From positions 103,667 through 167,666 of the forward strand of contig JBGANQ010000002.1 of assembly GCA_044222245.1 (NCBI GenBank): a stretch of 64,000 bases of DNA. The letters are read 5' to 3'. Positions 1 to 10,304 of the stretch are shown piece by piece (the first letter of the stretch is position 1; every line of letters begins with the position of its first letter). The stretch comes from Polyangia bacterium. Lineage in GTDB: Bacteria > Myxococcota_A > Polyangia > Palsa-1104 > JAEUJZ01. The notes beneath the pieces are model-generated. The model saw nothing but the letters and a program-made list of their open reading frames with translations, made no database searches and was not told the origin of the DNA. A program made the position numbers and the translations under genes.

Positions 1-1390
<1,390 letters not shown>

Positions 1391-1538
1391 CGTAACTAAG
1401 ATACCCGAATCTTGGGCCGGCAGGGGCTCTGACCGTACAGTCGGCTACCGGGGGGGGCGGGCAGCGCGGCGCCGGCTTAGGCGTTGGGGGCTTTGGGGGC
1501 TCGGGCGGGCCGCTGCCCCGGGCGACCGGGGCGGGCGG

Positions 1539-3065
1539 CTAGCCTTCGTCGCTGTGCTTGCAGAACAGCCGCAGCGAGGCCGGCTGATCGGCGCCGCCGT
1601 AGGGCATGACCCCGATCTCCTCCCAGCCAAGGCCGCTCAGGCACTCGGCGAGCTTGCTCGGATCGTAGCGGCGGAAGCGGAACAGCGAGAACTGGCGATC
1701 GGCGCGGCCGCGCGACTGCACGGTGGCCACCGCGTCCAGGGCGTAGCTGCCGGGGACCGGGCACTGGGTGTCCAGGTTCCAGTGGAACTCGACGCTCAGC
1801 ACGTCCTTGCAGTGGCGCCAGATCGGCCCGCTCAGCCAGGCGGCGTGCGCCGGCGAGACGCCGCTCGACCAGGTCTTGTCGCGCTTTTTGATCTCCGCCG
1901 GATCGTCGGCCGAGCCGCGCGCCACCTGCATGTCGAGCAGCAAGAGGTCCCCCTGCGAGCAGCCGAGCAGGCTGTGCTGGAAGAACCGCGGCTCGTTGTC
2001 GAGGTTGGCCAGAGTGCCGCCGAGCATGCAGAACACCCGTCGCCGCTGCAGGCGGGCCGGCGTGTAGTAAAGCTGGGTGTAAAGCGGCATGTGGTGGAAG
2101 TTGCACTGCATGCCCCAGACGTGGACGTTGGGGATCCCGGTCAGGGTGTCGGCGGCGTGCTTGTAGGCGCAGCTCAAAAGCGGCTGGCTGATGTCTAAAA
2201 GGCACAGCTCGATGCTCGGGGCGTGCGCCTCCTCGATGAGGTGCTGCACCAGGCGCACCTCCAGCGTGCCATCGCCGGCGCCCAGGGCAATGACGTTGAG
2301 GCCGACCGGGCCGCTGGCGGCGACGATGCGCTTGGCCGCATCGGCCAGCGGGGTGCTGGCGCGCAGGCTGGCGGCGATCGCCGACTGCTGGCACATCGCC
2401 ATGTAGGCGGCGGCGCTCTGGTGATCGAGGTAGGCGTTGGTCTGCTCGACGTGGCCGCCGGCGCCATTGAGGAAGCGGCCGAGGTCCATGACCATGCGCA
2501 CCGGGTCATAGGTCGGGGTGATGAAGCAGTTCAGCTCCGAGCTGACCTCGGCCTTCTCGACCACGGTGGTGCGCTCGGCGGCGGGCGGCGACGGCTGGCC
2601 CGGCACGTCGGCCCAGGTCAGCTTGAGCTCGGCGACGCCGATGAGGCGGATGAGCGTCGCGCGGCTCGGCGGATGGCGCGCCGTCTCGATGAACTTGATC
2701 GTCGCGTCCGAGAGCTTGGCCTTGCGGGCCAGCTGGACGCGCGAGAACCCGGCGGCGTTGCGCTTGTCGCGCAGCAGCTTGCCAAAGTCCTGCATCTGCT
2801 TGGTCGTCAGCGACTGGCCCCCTCGCTTCATGACGAGCGAGGTGCCCGAGCTCTCGGCAAAGTGCACTACGTCCTGGACCATCCCGATGTACTCAATCCA
2901 CGTCGGCTGCTTCTCGGCGGGCTGCTCGGCGGCAAGCGCCTGCAGCTGCTCCACCAGATCCAGCGCGTGGAGGCGCACGGCGCGCAGCCGCTCCTGCTGG
3001 GCGGTCTTGGTCTCTTCGTCGTGCGCTTCGTCTGTCGGACTTTTCACGAGCGCTGGGGTCTGCAT
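1539..3065 (-). CDS. Fusion protein: XRE-type HTH domain plus EgtD-like (histidine-specific methyltransferase fold, Methyltransf_33-like) SAM methyltransferase domain
   Basis: ORF 1539..3170. The HTH reads FGKLLRDKRNAAGFSRVQLARKAKLSDATIKFIE. The C-terminal half carries EgtD-like blocks (VIALGAGDGT, LLDISQPLL, MLGGTLANLDNE, GDLLLLDMQ). I prefer ATG 3065 because AGGAGG lies 5 nt upstream; GTG 3170 is the alternative start. Confidence 0.75.
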   Translation of the reverse strand: MQTPALVKSPTDEAHDEETKTAQQERLRAVRLHALDLVEQLQALAAEQPAEKQPTWIEYIGMVQDVVHFAESSGTSLVMKRGGQSLTTKQMQDFGKLLRDKRNAAGFSRVQLARKAKLSDATIKFIETARHPPSRATLIRLIGVAELKLTWADVPGQPSPPAAERTTVVEKAEVSSELNCFITPTYDPVRMVMDLGRFLNGAGGHVEQTNAYLDHQSAAAYMAMCQQSAIAASLRASTPLADAAKRIVAASGPVGLNVIALGAGDGTLEVRLVQHLIEEAHAPSIELCLLDISQPLLSCAYKHAADTLTGIPNVHVWGMQCNFHHMPLYTQLYYTPARLQRRRVFCMLGGTLANLDNEPRFFQHSLLGCSQGDLLLLDMQVARGSADDPAEIKKRDKTWSSGVSPAHAAWLSGPIWRHCKDVLSVEFHWNLDTQCPVPGSYALDAVATVQSRGRADRQFSLFRFRRYDPSKLAECLSGLGWEEIGVMPYGGADQPASLRLFCKHSDEG

Positions 3066-3467
3066 GAGGGTCCTCCTATTGGCACGGTCTTGCGACTCTC
3101 CGGCCCCGGGGTCCGGGGCTGGGTTGCGAGCGTTGTTACCTTTAATTTCCAATTGACCATTTTTTTCCACTCTGACCTGGCGGTTTTAATGGGTACCTAT
3201 CTGGTATTTCCATTGCCGTTTAACGGTATGTTTCGCTACCTCTCTACAAACCCACCATTTCGGCCTACCTTCACCCACCACAAGCAATTCCGGTCACGGC
3301 TATCACGCCGTTGGCGGTGCAGCAACTAAAATGCAATTCTTCTCTATGCGTATATCGGTGAGCAGAAAAGCTTATTGCTGCACGGGTCGTAAAGATACTG
3401 CGATGAACTCGCTTATGAGGTTCAGGATGGCTGCTCTACGTTTGATGGGTTGCAAAGGGGCGCTTCC

Positions 3468-4970
3468 ATGAGGGGGCTTTACATCCCGCCAGCCGGCGTC
3501 ACCGCCGAGGCGATCGGCCCGGCCAGCCCCTACCGCGGGGCCCTGCCGGCCGAGATCGCCGACCACGCGCCGCCGCCCAGCGATCGTGGCCTGACCGGCG
3601 AGGCGGCGCGCAGCGAGTGCCCGCGCGTGCTGGTCGTCGAGCCATGCAAGGCGCACGCCAACGCCCTCATCCTCGTCTTGCAGCGCGCCGGGTTCACCGT
3701 CGCCCATGCGGCGAGCGCCGAGGAGGCGGTAGAGCGCGCACTGCGCTGCACCACGTTCCACCTGATCCTCTCCGAGCTGAAGCTGCCCGGGCAGAGTGGG
3801 CTGGGGCTCTTGCGGCGGGTCCGCCAGGCGTGTCCGGCCACCGCCTTTTTCGTTCTGACCGGACAGCCGGACGTCGCCACTTCGGTGAGCGCGCTGGCGC
3901 TGGGGGCGGATGAGTACCTGACCAAGCCGCTCGATGAGACGCGGCTGGTGGCGCTGTGCGTGGCGGCGGCGGCGCGCACCCCGCGGCTTCTGCGCAGCGC
4001 CCTGCGCGCCCCCGAGGCGTGTGTCGAGGCGCCGTCGCGCGCCGAGAACGCCGAGCTGCAGGCGCAGTCGCCGGCGATGCGCGAGCTGCTACTGCGGGTG
4101 CGCGGCCTGTCGCAGTCCGCTGCCCCGGTGCTCTTGCGCGGGGAGCCGGGAGCGGGCAAGCGGCTCGTCGGTCAGCTGCTGCACCGCCTGTCGGCGCGCG
4201 CCGCCGGGCCGCTGCTCATCGTCCGCCCCGAGGAGCTCAGCCGCGACCTTTTGCGCACCGAGCTGTGGGGTCGCGCCGAGTCGGCGGCGCCCGAGCAGCC
4301 GGGGGCGGTGGTGCGGGCCAGCGGCGGCTCGCTGCTCATCACCGAGGTCGAGCGCCTGTCGGCCGCCGATCGCTGGCTGCTGGCGCGGCTCATCACCCGC
4401 GGCCTTTACCGGCCGGTGGGCGCCAGCGAGGAGCGGGCGGTGGCGGTGCGGGTGCTGCTGACCACAGCGCAGCCGACGGCGCTCGGCACCGGCGACTTTG
4501 AAGAGGAGCTCCTCCCCGGCCTGCGCTGCGTCGAGCTGCGCGTGCCGCCGCTGCGCGAGCGCGCCGATGACCTGCTGCCGCTCTCGCTGCAGCTGCTCGA
4601 TGAGATAGCCGCCCGCCGCGGTGAGCCGGCGCTGACGCTGCCGCCGCAGAGCGCGCGGCTGCTGCTCGCCTACAGCTGGCCTGGCAACGGCAGCGAGCTG
4701 CGCGCGGTGCTGCAGAAGGCGGCGCAGCGGGCCACCGGACCGCAGCTCACGCCCGAGCTGCTCCCGAGCGAGCTGACCCTCCCGCTGACCACGGCGCCGG
4801 CCGCGCAGCGACCGCCGCCGAACCTCAAGGGACGGCGCCGGTCGCTCGGTCGCGACGGGGTCCGGCTGACCGCCGGCATGCTCGCGAGCTGGCCGCGCCT
4901 CACCCTGGCCCGGGCGCTGCGCGAGCGGCGGCGGCAGCAGCATCGGGAGGCGCCGCGCGATGGACTCTAG
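3468..4970 (+). CDS. NtrC-family-like regulator: atypical receiver domain plus degenerate sigma54-interaction AAA+ domain, no recognisable HTH
   Basis: Receiver fold (VLVVEP..LILSELKLPG..VLTG..TKP) with Glu at the phospho-acceptor position. Walker A is GEPGAGK, Walker B is LLITEV, and GAFTGA is absent. PPLRER and WPGN motifs are present. ATG 3468 has an AAAGGGG upstream; the ORF opens at TTG 3450. Confidence 0.75.
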   Translation: MRGLYIPPAGVTAEAIGPASPYRGALPAEIADHAPPPSDRGLTGEAARSECPRVLVVEPCKAHANALILVLQRAGFTVAHAASAEEAVERALRCTTFHLILSELKLPGQSGLGLLRRVRQACPATAFFVLTGQPDVATSVSALALGADEYLTKPLDETRLVALCVAAAARTPRLLRSALRAPEACVEAPSRAENAELQAQSPAMRELLLRVRGLSQSAAPVLLRGEPGAGKRLVGQLLHRLSARAAGPLLIVRPEELSRDLLRTELWGRAESAAPEQPGAVVRASGGSLLITEVERLSAADRWLLARLITRGLYRPVGASEERAVAVRVLLTTAQPTALGTGDFEEELLPGLRCVELRVPPLRERADDLLPLSLQLLDEIAARRGEPALTLPPQSARLLLAYSWPGNGSELRAVLQKAAQRATGPQLTPELLPSELTLPLTTAPAAQRPPPNLKGRRRSLGRDGVRLTAGMLASWPRLTLARALRERRRQQHREAPRDGL

Positions 4971-6081
4971 CCCGCGCAGCGAAGGGGGGGCCGCCCAGGG
5001 GGCGCAGCTGCAGACGCTGGGCGCGCTGCGCTCGGTCTGCGCCAGCATGCACCGCCTGTTTGGTCACGTCCGCAACATCGCGCAGTCCGACGCCGCGGTG
5101 CTGCTGCTCGGTGAGAGCGGCGTCGGCAAGGAGCTGCTGGCGCGGACCCTGCACGAGCTGTCCCCGCGCCGTGGTCGCCGCCTGGTGGTGCTGGTCTGCA
5201 CCGGCCTGTCGGCAGCGCGGCTCGGCGCCGCCCTGTACGGCGAGGAGCCGCCGGCGATCCTCAAGCGGCCGGCGCGCCTGCCGGCGACCGCCGCCCCACT
5301 CCAAGGGCCCGAGGGCCGGCGACCAGCGACCGGACGGCACAGCGGCGCGCTCGCCCAGGCGTGCGGCGGGACCCTGCTCCTGGACGACGTGGCGGCGCTT
5401 GATGCAGAGGGGCAGTCCGAGCTGCTGCGGGCGGTCAACAGCGAGCCGTCGCTACAGCGGCTGTCGAGTCGGCGCGGCCCGCGGCTGCGCCTGCTGTCGA
5501 CGAGCACCGAGGACATCGCCAAGGCGGTGCGGCTGGGCCGCTTCCGTCCTGACTTATACCACCGCCTGGCCGCCGCCCGGCTCGAGGTCCCGCCGCTGCG
5601 TGAGCGGCGCGGCGACGTCGCCCTGCTCGCCGGCGAGCTGCTGGCGGCGGCAGCGGCGCACCACCGCCGGCCGCTGCCCACCCTGCATCCCGAGGCGCTG
5701 GCGCTGCTCGCCGGCTATCCCTTTCCCGGCAACCTGCGCGAGCTGCGCGACGTGATGGAGCTGGCCCTGCTGCACAGCCGCGGCCCGGTGCTGCGGGCGG
5801 CCGATCTGGTGGAGCTGCTGTACGCGGTGCCGGTGCCGCCGCGGGTCGAGATTCCGCTCGGCTGGACCCTGGCGGCGGCCGAGCGCGAGGTCATCCTGCA
5901 GACCCTCGCCGCGCACCGCGGCAACCGCCAGGAGACCGCCGACACCCTGGCCATCTCGCGACGCACCCTCTACGAGAAACTGGCCCGCTACAAGGCCCAG
6001 GACGGCACCGCCCTGCGCGCTGGACGGCGCCCCCCGCGCCGCCGGCAGGCCGCACGCGCCGCGCCCGAGCCAGGCTGCTAG
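4960..6081 (+). CDS. Sigma54-interaction-domain AAA+ protein with C-terminal Fis-type HTH; no receiver, no GAFTGA
   Basis: Walker A GESGVGKE, Walker B LLLDDV, PPLRERRGD and FPGNLREL motifs. HTH reads REVILQTLAAHRGNRQETADTLAISRRTLYEKL. The ATG overlaps the upstream gene by 11 nt. Confidence 0.8.
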   Translation: MDSSPRSEGGAAQGAQLQTLGALRSVCASMHRLFGHVRNIAQSDAAVLLLGESGVGKELLARTLHELSPRRGRRLVVLVCTGLSAARLGAALYGEEPPAILKRPARLPATAAPLQGPEGRRPATGRHSGALAQACGGTLLLDDVAALDAEGQSELLRAVNSEPSLQRLSSRRGPRLRLLSTSTEDIAKAVRLGRFRPDLYHRLAAARLEVPPLRERRGDVALLAGELLAAAAAHHRRPLPTLHPEALALLAGYPFPGNLRELRDVMELALLHSRGPVLRAADLVELLYAVPVPPRVEIPLGWTLAAAEREVILQTLAAHRGNRQETADTLAISRRTLYEKLARYKAQDGTALRAGRRPPRRRQAARAAPEPGC

Positions 6082-7727
6082 CGCGCGGTCGCCGGCGGCT
6101 GTAGCCAGGTGGCGCGCAGCCCGAGGTAGCTGGTGTTGAAGTAGTGGACAAAGCCGCGCACCGAGTCGCGCATCGCCTCGTGCTGGGCGGAGTGGAACAG
6201 GAAGACGTGCGGCGCCAGGTCGAGGACGCGGCGCTGCGCGGCGGCATAGATGCGGCGGCGCTCGTCGCCGTCCGCGGTGCGCCGACCGGCTTCTAGGAGC
6301 TTGTCGAGCTCGCCGTCGACCAGCCCGCCGACGTTCTGTCCGCCGCGGCTGTGCAGCGGCTCGTAGAGGAAGTCATCGGGGTCGGCCAGCCCCGACTCGC
6401 CCCACAGCGCCGCGGTGAAGCGGCGCTCGAGCACCTGCGGCAGAAACAGGCTCCAGTCGAGCACCCGCAGCCGCACCCGCACCCCGATCTCCTGCAGGTT
6501 GGCGACGATCACCTCGGCCGGGGCGCGCAGGAAATCGTAGGTGCTGGTGCACAGCAGGGTCAGCGTGAAGCCGCGGGGCAGCCCCGCCTGGCGCAGCAGC
6601 TCGCGGGCGCGACCGAGCTGGCGCTCCCGGTAGGGGCTGTCGCGCACGGCGAACTGGCTGCCCGGCGGCACGCTCGCCCCCGCCGCGGCGACGCCGCCGA
6701 CGCCAAACAGCGCCATGGCGACCACCGCCTCGCGGTCGATGGCGTAGGCCAGTGCCTGCCGCACCCGCGCGTCGTCGAGCGGCGGCACCCGGGTGTTGAG
6801 CACCAGCGAGCGGAAGTTGGTCCCGACGCCCCCGACGACACGCAGGGCGGGCTGGCGCTGCAGCAGCGCCACGTCGGCGGCCGGCACGTACTCGATGAAG
6901 TCGACGTAGCCGGTGCGCAGCGCCAGGGTGCGGGCGCTCGGGTCGGGGAAGAAGCGGAACTCGATGCCGTCGAGGTAGGGCAGGGGACGGCCGCTGCCGT
7001 CGCGCCCCCAGTAGCCGGGGTAGCGCTGCAGGACCAGGCGCGTCTGCGGCTGATAGTCGACCAGGCGAAACGGCCCGGTGCCAATGGCGACCCGCTGCAG
7101 CTCGTCGCCGCGGCGCACCACGTGGGCGGGCACGATGGCGTTCATGCTGAACGCCAGCTTCGACAAAAGCGGCCCGAGCGGGGTGCGCAGGCGGACCTGC
7201 ACCGTGTGCGGTCCGGTGGCCACCACTGCCGCGATGGCGGCGAAGTCCTCGGCGCGCGGCGAGGCCACGGCTGGATCCTTGAGGCGCAGCAGCGAGAACA
7301 CGACATCCGCGGCCGTCAGCGGCGCGCCGTCGTGAAAGGTGACGTCGCGGCGCAGCTCGAAGGTGTAGGTGCGGCCGTCGGGGGTGATGGTCCACGCGGC
7401 GGCCAGGCCGGGCAACAGCTGGCCGTCGGGGGCGAAGGTGACCAGGGTGTCGTAGACGTTCTCCAGCAGGTTGCGCGTCGCCGTGGAGTTGGTGGTGTGC
7501 GGATCGAGGCCGATCGGATCGGTCTGCATGCCGGCGCGCAGCACGCCGCCGTAGCGCGGCGTCGCGGGGGCGCTCGGCTGGCCCTGGGCGCGGCCGCCGA
7601 GCGTCACCACCAGCGCGACGAGCCCGACGGCCCCCGCGAGCGGCAAGCGGCGCGGCGCCCTCGGCTCGCGAGCGCTGGGCGGGACGGCAGCGGGACAAGC
7701 AATCAGGGGCAAGCGGCGGGTCGGCAT
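6078..7727 (-). CDS. ABC transporter substrate-binding protein, family 5 (peptide/nickel, DppA/OppA-like)
   Basis: 549-aa ORF with a signal peptide. YGGVLRAGMQTDPIGLDPHTTNSTATRNLLENVYDTLV is typical of SBP_bac_5. Confidence 0.9.
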   Translation of the reverse strand: MPTRRLPLIACPAAVPPSAREPRAPRRLPLAGAVGLVALVVTLGGRAQGQPSAPATPRYGGVLRAGMQTDPIGLDPHTTNSTATRNLLENVYDTLVTFAPDGQLLPGLAAAWTITPDGRTYTFELRRDVTFHDGAPLTAADVVFSLLRLKDPAVASPRAEDFAAIAAVVATGPHTVQVRLRTPLGPLLSKLAFSMNAIVPAHVVRRGDELQRVAIGTGPFRLVDYQPQTRLVLQRYPGYWGRDGSGRPLPYLDGIEFRFFPDPSARTLALRTGYVDFIEYVPAADVALLQRQPALRVVGGVGTNFRSLVLNTRVPPLDDARVRQALAYAIDREAVVAMALFGVGGVAAAGASVPPGSQFAVRDSPYRERQLGRARELLRQAGLPRGFTLTLLCTSTYDFLRAPAEVIVANLQEIGVRVRLRVLDWSLFLPQVLERRFTAALWGESGLADPDDFLYEPLHSRGGQNVGGLVDGELDKLLEAGRRTADGDERRRIYAAAQRRVLDLAPHVFLFHSAQHEAMRDSVRGFVHYFNTSYLGLRATWLQPPATAR

Positions 7728-7730
7728 CGG

Positions 7731-8666
7731 TCAGGGCCTGGCCAGGTCCGGCGCGTCTGCCGGCGGCAGCGCCCGGCCGGTCAGCGCCCGGCGCAGCCCG
7801 TCGCCGAGCAGGTTACAGCCGAGCACGACCAGCGCCAGCAGGGCGCCCGGCGCCAGCGAGCCCCAGGGCGACAGCAGCAAGTAGCGACGACCGTCGGCGA
7901 TCATCTCGCCCCAGCTCGGCTCGGGCGGCTGCGTGCCCAGGCCGAGGAACGACAGCGAGGCCTCGGCGAGCAGGGCGGCAGCCAGGCGCAGCGTCACCTC
8001 GATGAAGATCGGCGCCGCGGCGTTGGGCAGCACGGTGCGCCACAGGATGTGCAGGTCGGAGGCGCCCAGGGCGCGGCAGGCCTCGACGTAGGTCTCGTGG
8101 CGGACGGCGAGCACGGCGGCCCGGCTCACCCGCAGCAGCGGCCCCATGTAGATAAGGCCGATCGCCAGCGCGACATTGTAGCGGCGTCCGAAGCTGAACC
8201 CGTCGCTCCCCAGGTCCTGGTCGAGGAAGGTCAGGATCGCCAGGCACAGAAGCAGCGCCGGCAGCGCCAGCAGGACATCGGCGAGCCGGCACAGCAGCTG
8301 ATCCAGCCGCCCGCCGTAGTAGCCGGCTAGCAGCCCCGCGCCGCCGCCGCCGAGCAGCGCCCACAGAACCGCCAGCGCCGCGGTGCCCAGCGAGTGCTGC
8401 GCCCCACACAGCATGCGGGTGAGGGTATCGCGGCCGTAAGGGTCGGTGCCTAGCGGGTGGCGCAGCGACGGCCCCTGCAGCAGGGCGCTGCCATCGAGCC
8501 GCAGCGGATCGTAGGGCGAGACCAGCGGTGCCAGCAGCGCCGCCAGCACCACCGCCAAAAGGACCAGCGCCCCAGCGCGTCCCCGTCGTGGCAGCCGCTG
8601 CCAGAAGGCGGTGAGCGGGCGCCCCAGCCGAGCCGCCAGGCGACCAGCGAGCCGGATCGCCCTCAT
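7731..8666 (-). CDS. ABC transporter permease (DppC/OppC-like)
   Basis: This is the C-terminal 311 aa of track ORF 7731..9335, from MRAIRLAG. It has an N-terminal TM segment and the motif PLGTDPYGRDTLTRM. The ATG at 8666 forms an ATGA overlap with the upstream permease stop. The rest of the track ORF is an out-of-frame shadow of the next gene. Confidence 0.9.
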   Translation of the reverse strand: MRAIRLAGRLAARLGRPLTAFWQRLPRRGRAGALVLLAVVLAALLAPLVSPYDPLRLDGSALLQGPSLRHPLGTDPYGRDTLTRMLCGAQHSLGTAALAVLWALLGGGGAGLLAGYYGGRLDQLLCRLADVLLALPALLLCLAILTFLDQDLGSDGFSFGRRYNVALAIGLIYMGPLLRVSRAAVLAVRHETYVEACRALGASDLHILWRTVLPNAAAPIFIEVTLRLAAALLAEASLSFLGLGTQPPEPSWGEMIADGRRYLLLSPWGSLAPGALLALVVLGCNLLGDGLRRALTGRALPPADAPDLARP

Positions 8667-9613
8667 GGGGCACGCAGCCGCGGGTCGAGCAGCGCGTACA
8701 GCGCGTCGACCACCAGGTTGACCGCGATGACCGCGACGCCGATCGCCAGCGTCGCCCCCTGCACGACCGGGTAGTCGCGCAGGTTGATGCCCTCGATGGC
8801 CAGGCGGCCGACGCCGGGGATGCCGAACACCTGCTCGACGATCACGGCGCCGCCGAGCAGGTTGCCAAGCTGCAGCCCGATGGCGGTGCACAGCGGCAGG
8901 GCGGCGTTGCGCAGGGCGTGGCGGTAGCGCACCGCGCGCTCGCGCAGGCCCTTGGCGCGGGCGGTGCGGATGTAGTCGCGGCGCAGCTCTGCCGCCACGG
9001 TGGCGCGGCCGATCCGCCACAGCGGGGCCATGAGCAGCAGCGACAGCGTGACCACCGGCAGACACAGGTGGCGCAGGTGCTGGATAAGCGAGTCCTGCAG
9101 CGGCACCCAGCCCGCCGGCGGCAGCCAGCCCAGGCGCAGCGCGAACAGCAGCCCGAGCAGCAGCGCGAGGAAGAAGTGCGGCAGCGCCAGCAGCAGCGAG
9201 CTCAGCGCCCCCAGCGTCCGATCCAGCCACGCGCCGGGACGGGCCGCCGCGGCCACCGCCAGCGGCACCGCCAGCGCGGTGGCGAGGGCGACGCTCACCA
9301 CCGCGAGCTCGAGGGTCACCGGGCCGCGCAGCCACAGGTCAGTGGCCACCTTGCGGCCGGTGCGCAGCGAGGTGCCCAGGTCGCCGTGCAGCAGGGCCGC
9401 GAAGAAGCGCCAGAGCTGCACCTGCAGCGGCTGATCCAGCCCGAGCAGCCGGCGCAGCTCGGCCAGCCGCTCGGGCGAGGCGCTGCTGTCGGGGCCGACG
9501 AGGCTCGTCACCGCGTCCCCGGGCAGCAGCCGCGACAGCAGGAACACCAGCAGCGCGATCCCGACCAGCGTCGGGACGCTCAGCAGCAAGCGGCGAAGAG
9601 CCAGGCCCAGCAT
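8663..9613 (-). CDS. ABC transporter permease (DppB/OppB-like)
   Basis: MLGLALRRLLLSVPTLVGIALLVFLL.. with RDYIRTARAKGL and GAVIVEQVFGIPGVG. ATG 9613 is preceded by GGAGGA 7 nt upstream. Confidence 0.9.
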   Translation of the reverse strand: MLGLALRRLLLSVPTLVGIALLVFLLSRLLPGDAVTSLVGPDSSASPERLAELRRLLGLDQPLQVQLWRFFAALLHGDLGTSLRTGRKVATDLWLRGPVTLELAVVSVALATALAVPLAVAAAARPGAWLDRTLGALSSLLLALPHFFLALLLGLLFALRLGWLPPAGWVPLQDSLIQHLRHLCLPVVTLSLLLMAPLWRIGRATVAAELRRDYIRTARAKGLRERAVRYRHALRNAALPLCTAIGLQLGNLLGGAVIVEQVFGIPGVGRLAIEGINLRDYPVVQGATLAIGVAVIAVNLVVDALYALLDPRLRAP

Positions 9614-10304
9614 CAGCGGTTCCTCCGCCCGCATGATAGGCGGTCCGCGCCCAACCCTTGGCCGCATCTTGCCTTCGCGGCGCCAAAATGCGCCGCGAGC
9701 GCGCTTCGGCTGCCCCTGTCGGCGACGTCGCTGGCAAAGCAAGGAGCAATTTAAGGCAGAGCGCTGAACGCAATGCACAGTCCGCTACGCAGCTGTCTGC
9801 CAAGCCGCTACCAGCTTGATCGAGAAGTCGAGCTAACCGCCAATCCGGGATAACTGCAGCCCAAGCTTAGGCCCTCAAGTTTTGCTACTTTCGGTCCCTA
9901 TGTTTGTTTGGGCTTATGCGCCTTTCAGCGGCCAATTTGTGGCAATCAAATTGCGCAGTCGGCCCCGGGACCTGGCAGCGGGCGGCCGGCGCCTTGGCGA
10001 TCGCGGCGATTGCGGCGCGCGCGCAAGTTTTACCCCCTGTTGCCTCATGCGCAGCCGCGGCTCCGACGGGATGAGCTGCGTCCCGGCGAAAAGCCGGACA
10101 CTTTTCGCCGCTGTGACCGACGGGAAAGGTCGGGACGCAAACTGAGGTAAATCGGGCTTCCAGGTGCACGTTCACTGCGGCGCCGGCGGCCTGAAGATCC
10201 GGCTCTTGTCAGGTCGCCACGCCTCCTTACAGTCCGCTGCTTTCCCGGCGCCCGACCGGCGCGCGCCTTTGGACTTTCCTCGGGCGCTGCTAGACTGCCA
10301 GCCC

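Noticed and set aside
3080-3094. TGGCACGGTCTTGCG, which looks like a sigma54 -24/-12 promoter next to the AAA+ regulator genes
   Set aside because: The GG to GC spacing is 11 nt instead of the canonical 12. It lies ~375 nt from the nearest plus-strand start and overlaps the RBS region of the minus-strand gene. I regard it as a chance match.
6351-8330. 659-aa plus-strand ORF
   Set aside because: It is antisense to three well-supported ABC transporter genes. Its translation is Arg/Ala/Gly/Gln-rich low-complexity sequence, typical of off-frame reading in high-GC DNA, and I recognise no motif.
8667-9335. N-terminal 223 aa of track ORF 7731..9335 as part of the DppC-like permease
   Set aside because: This part overlaps the DppB-like gene in another frame and is Arg/Ala/Gly/Pro filler. 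The permease starts at ATG 8666, coupled to the upstream stop.
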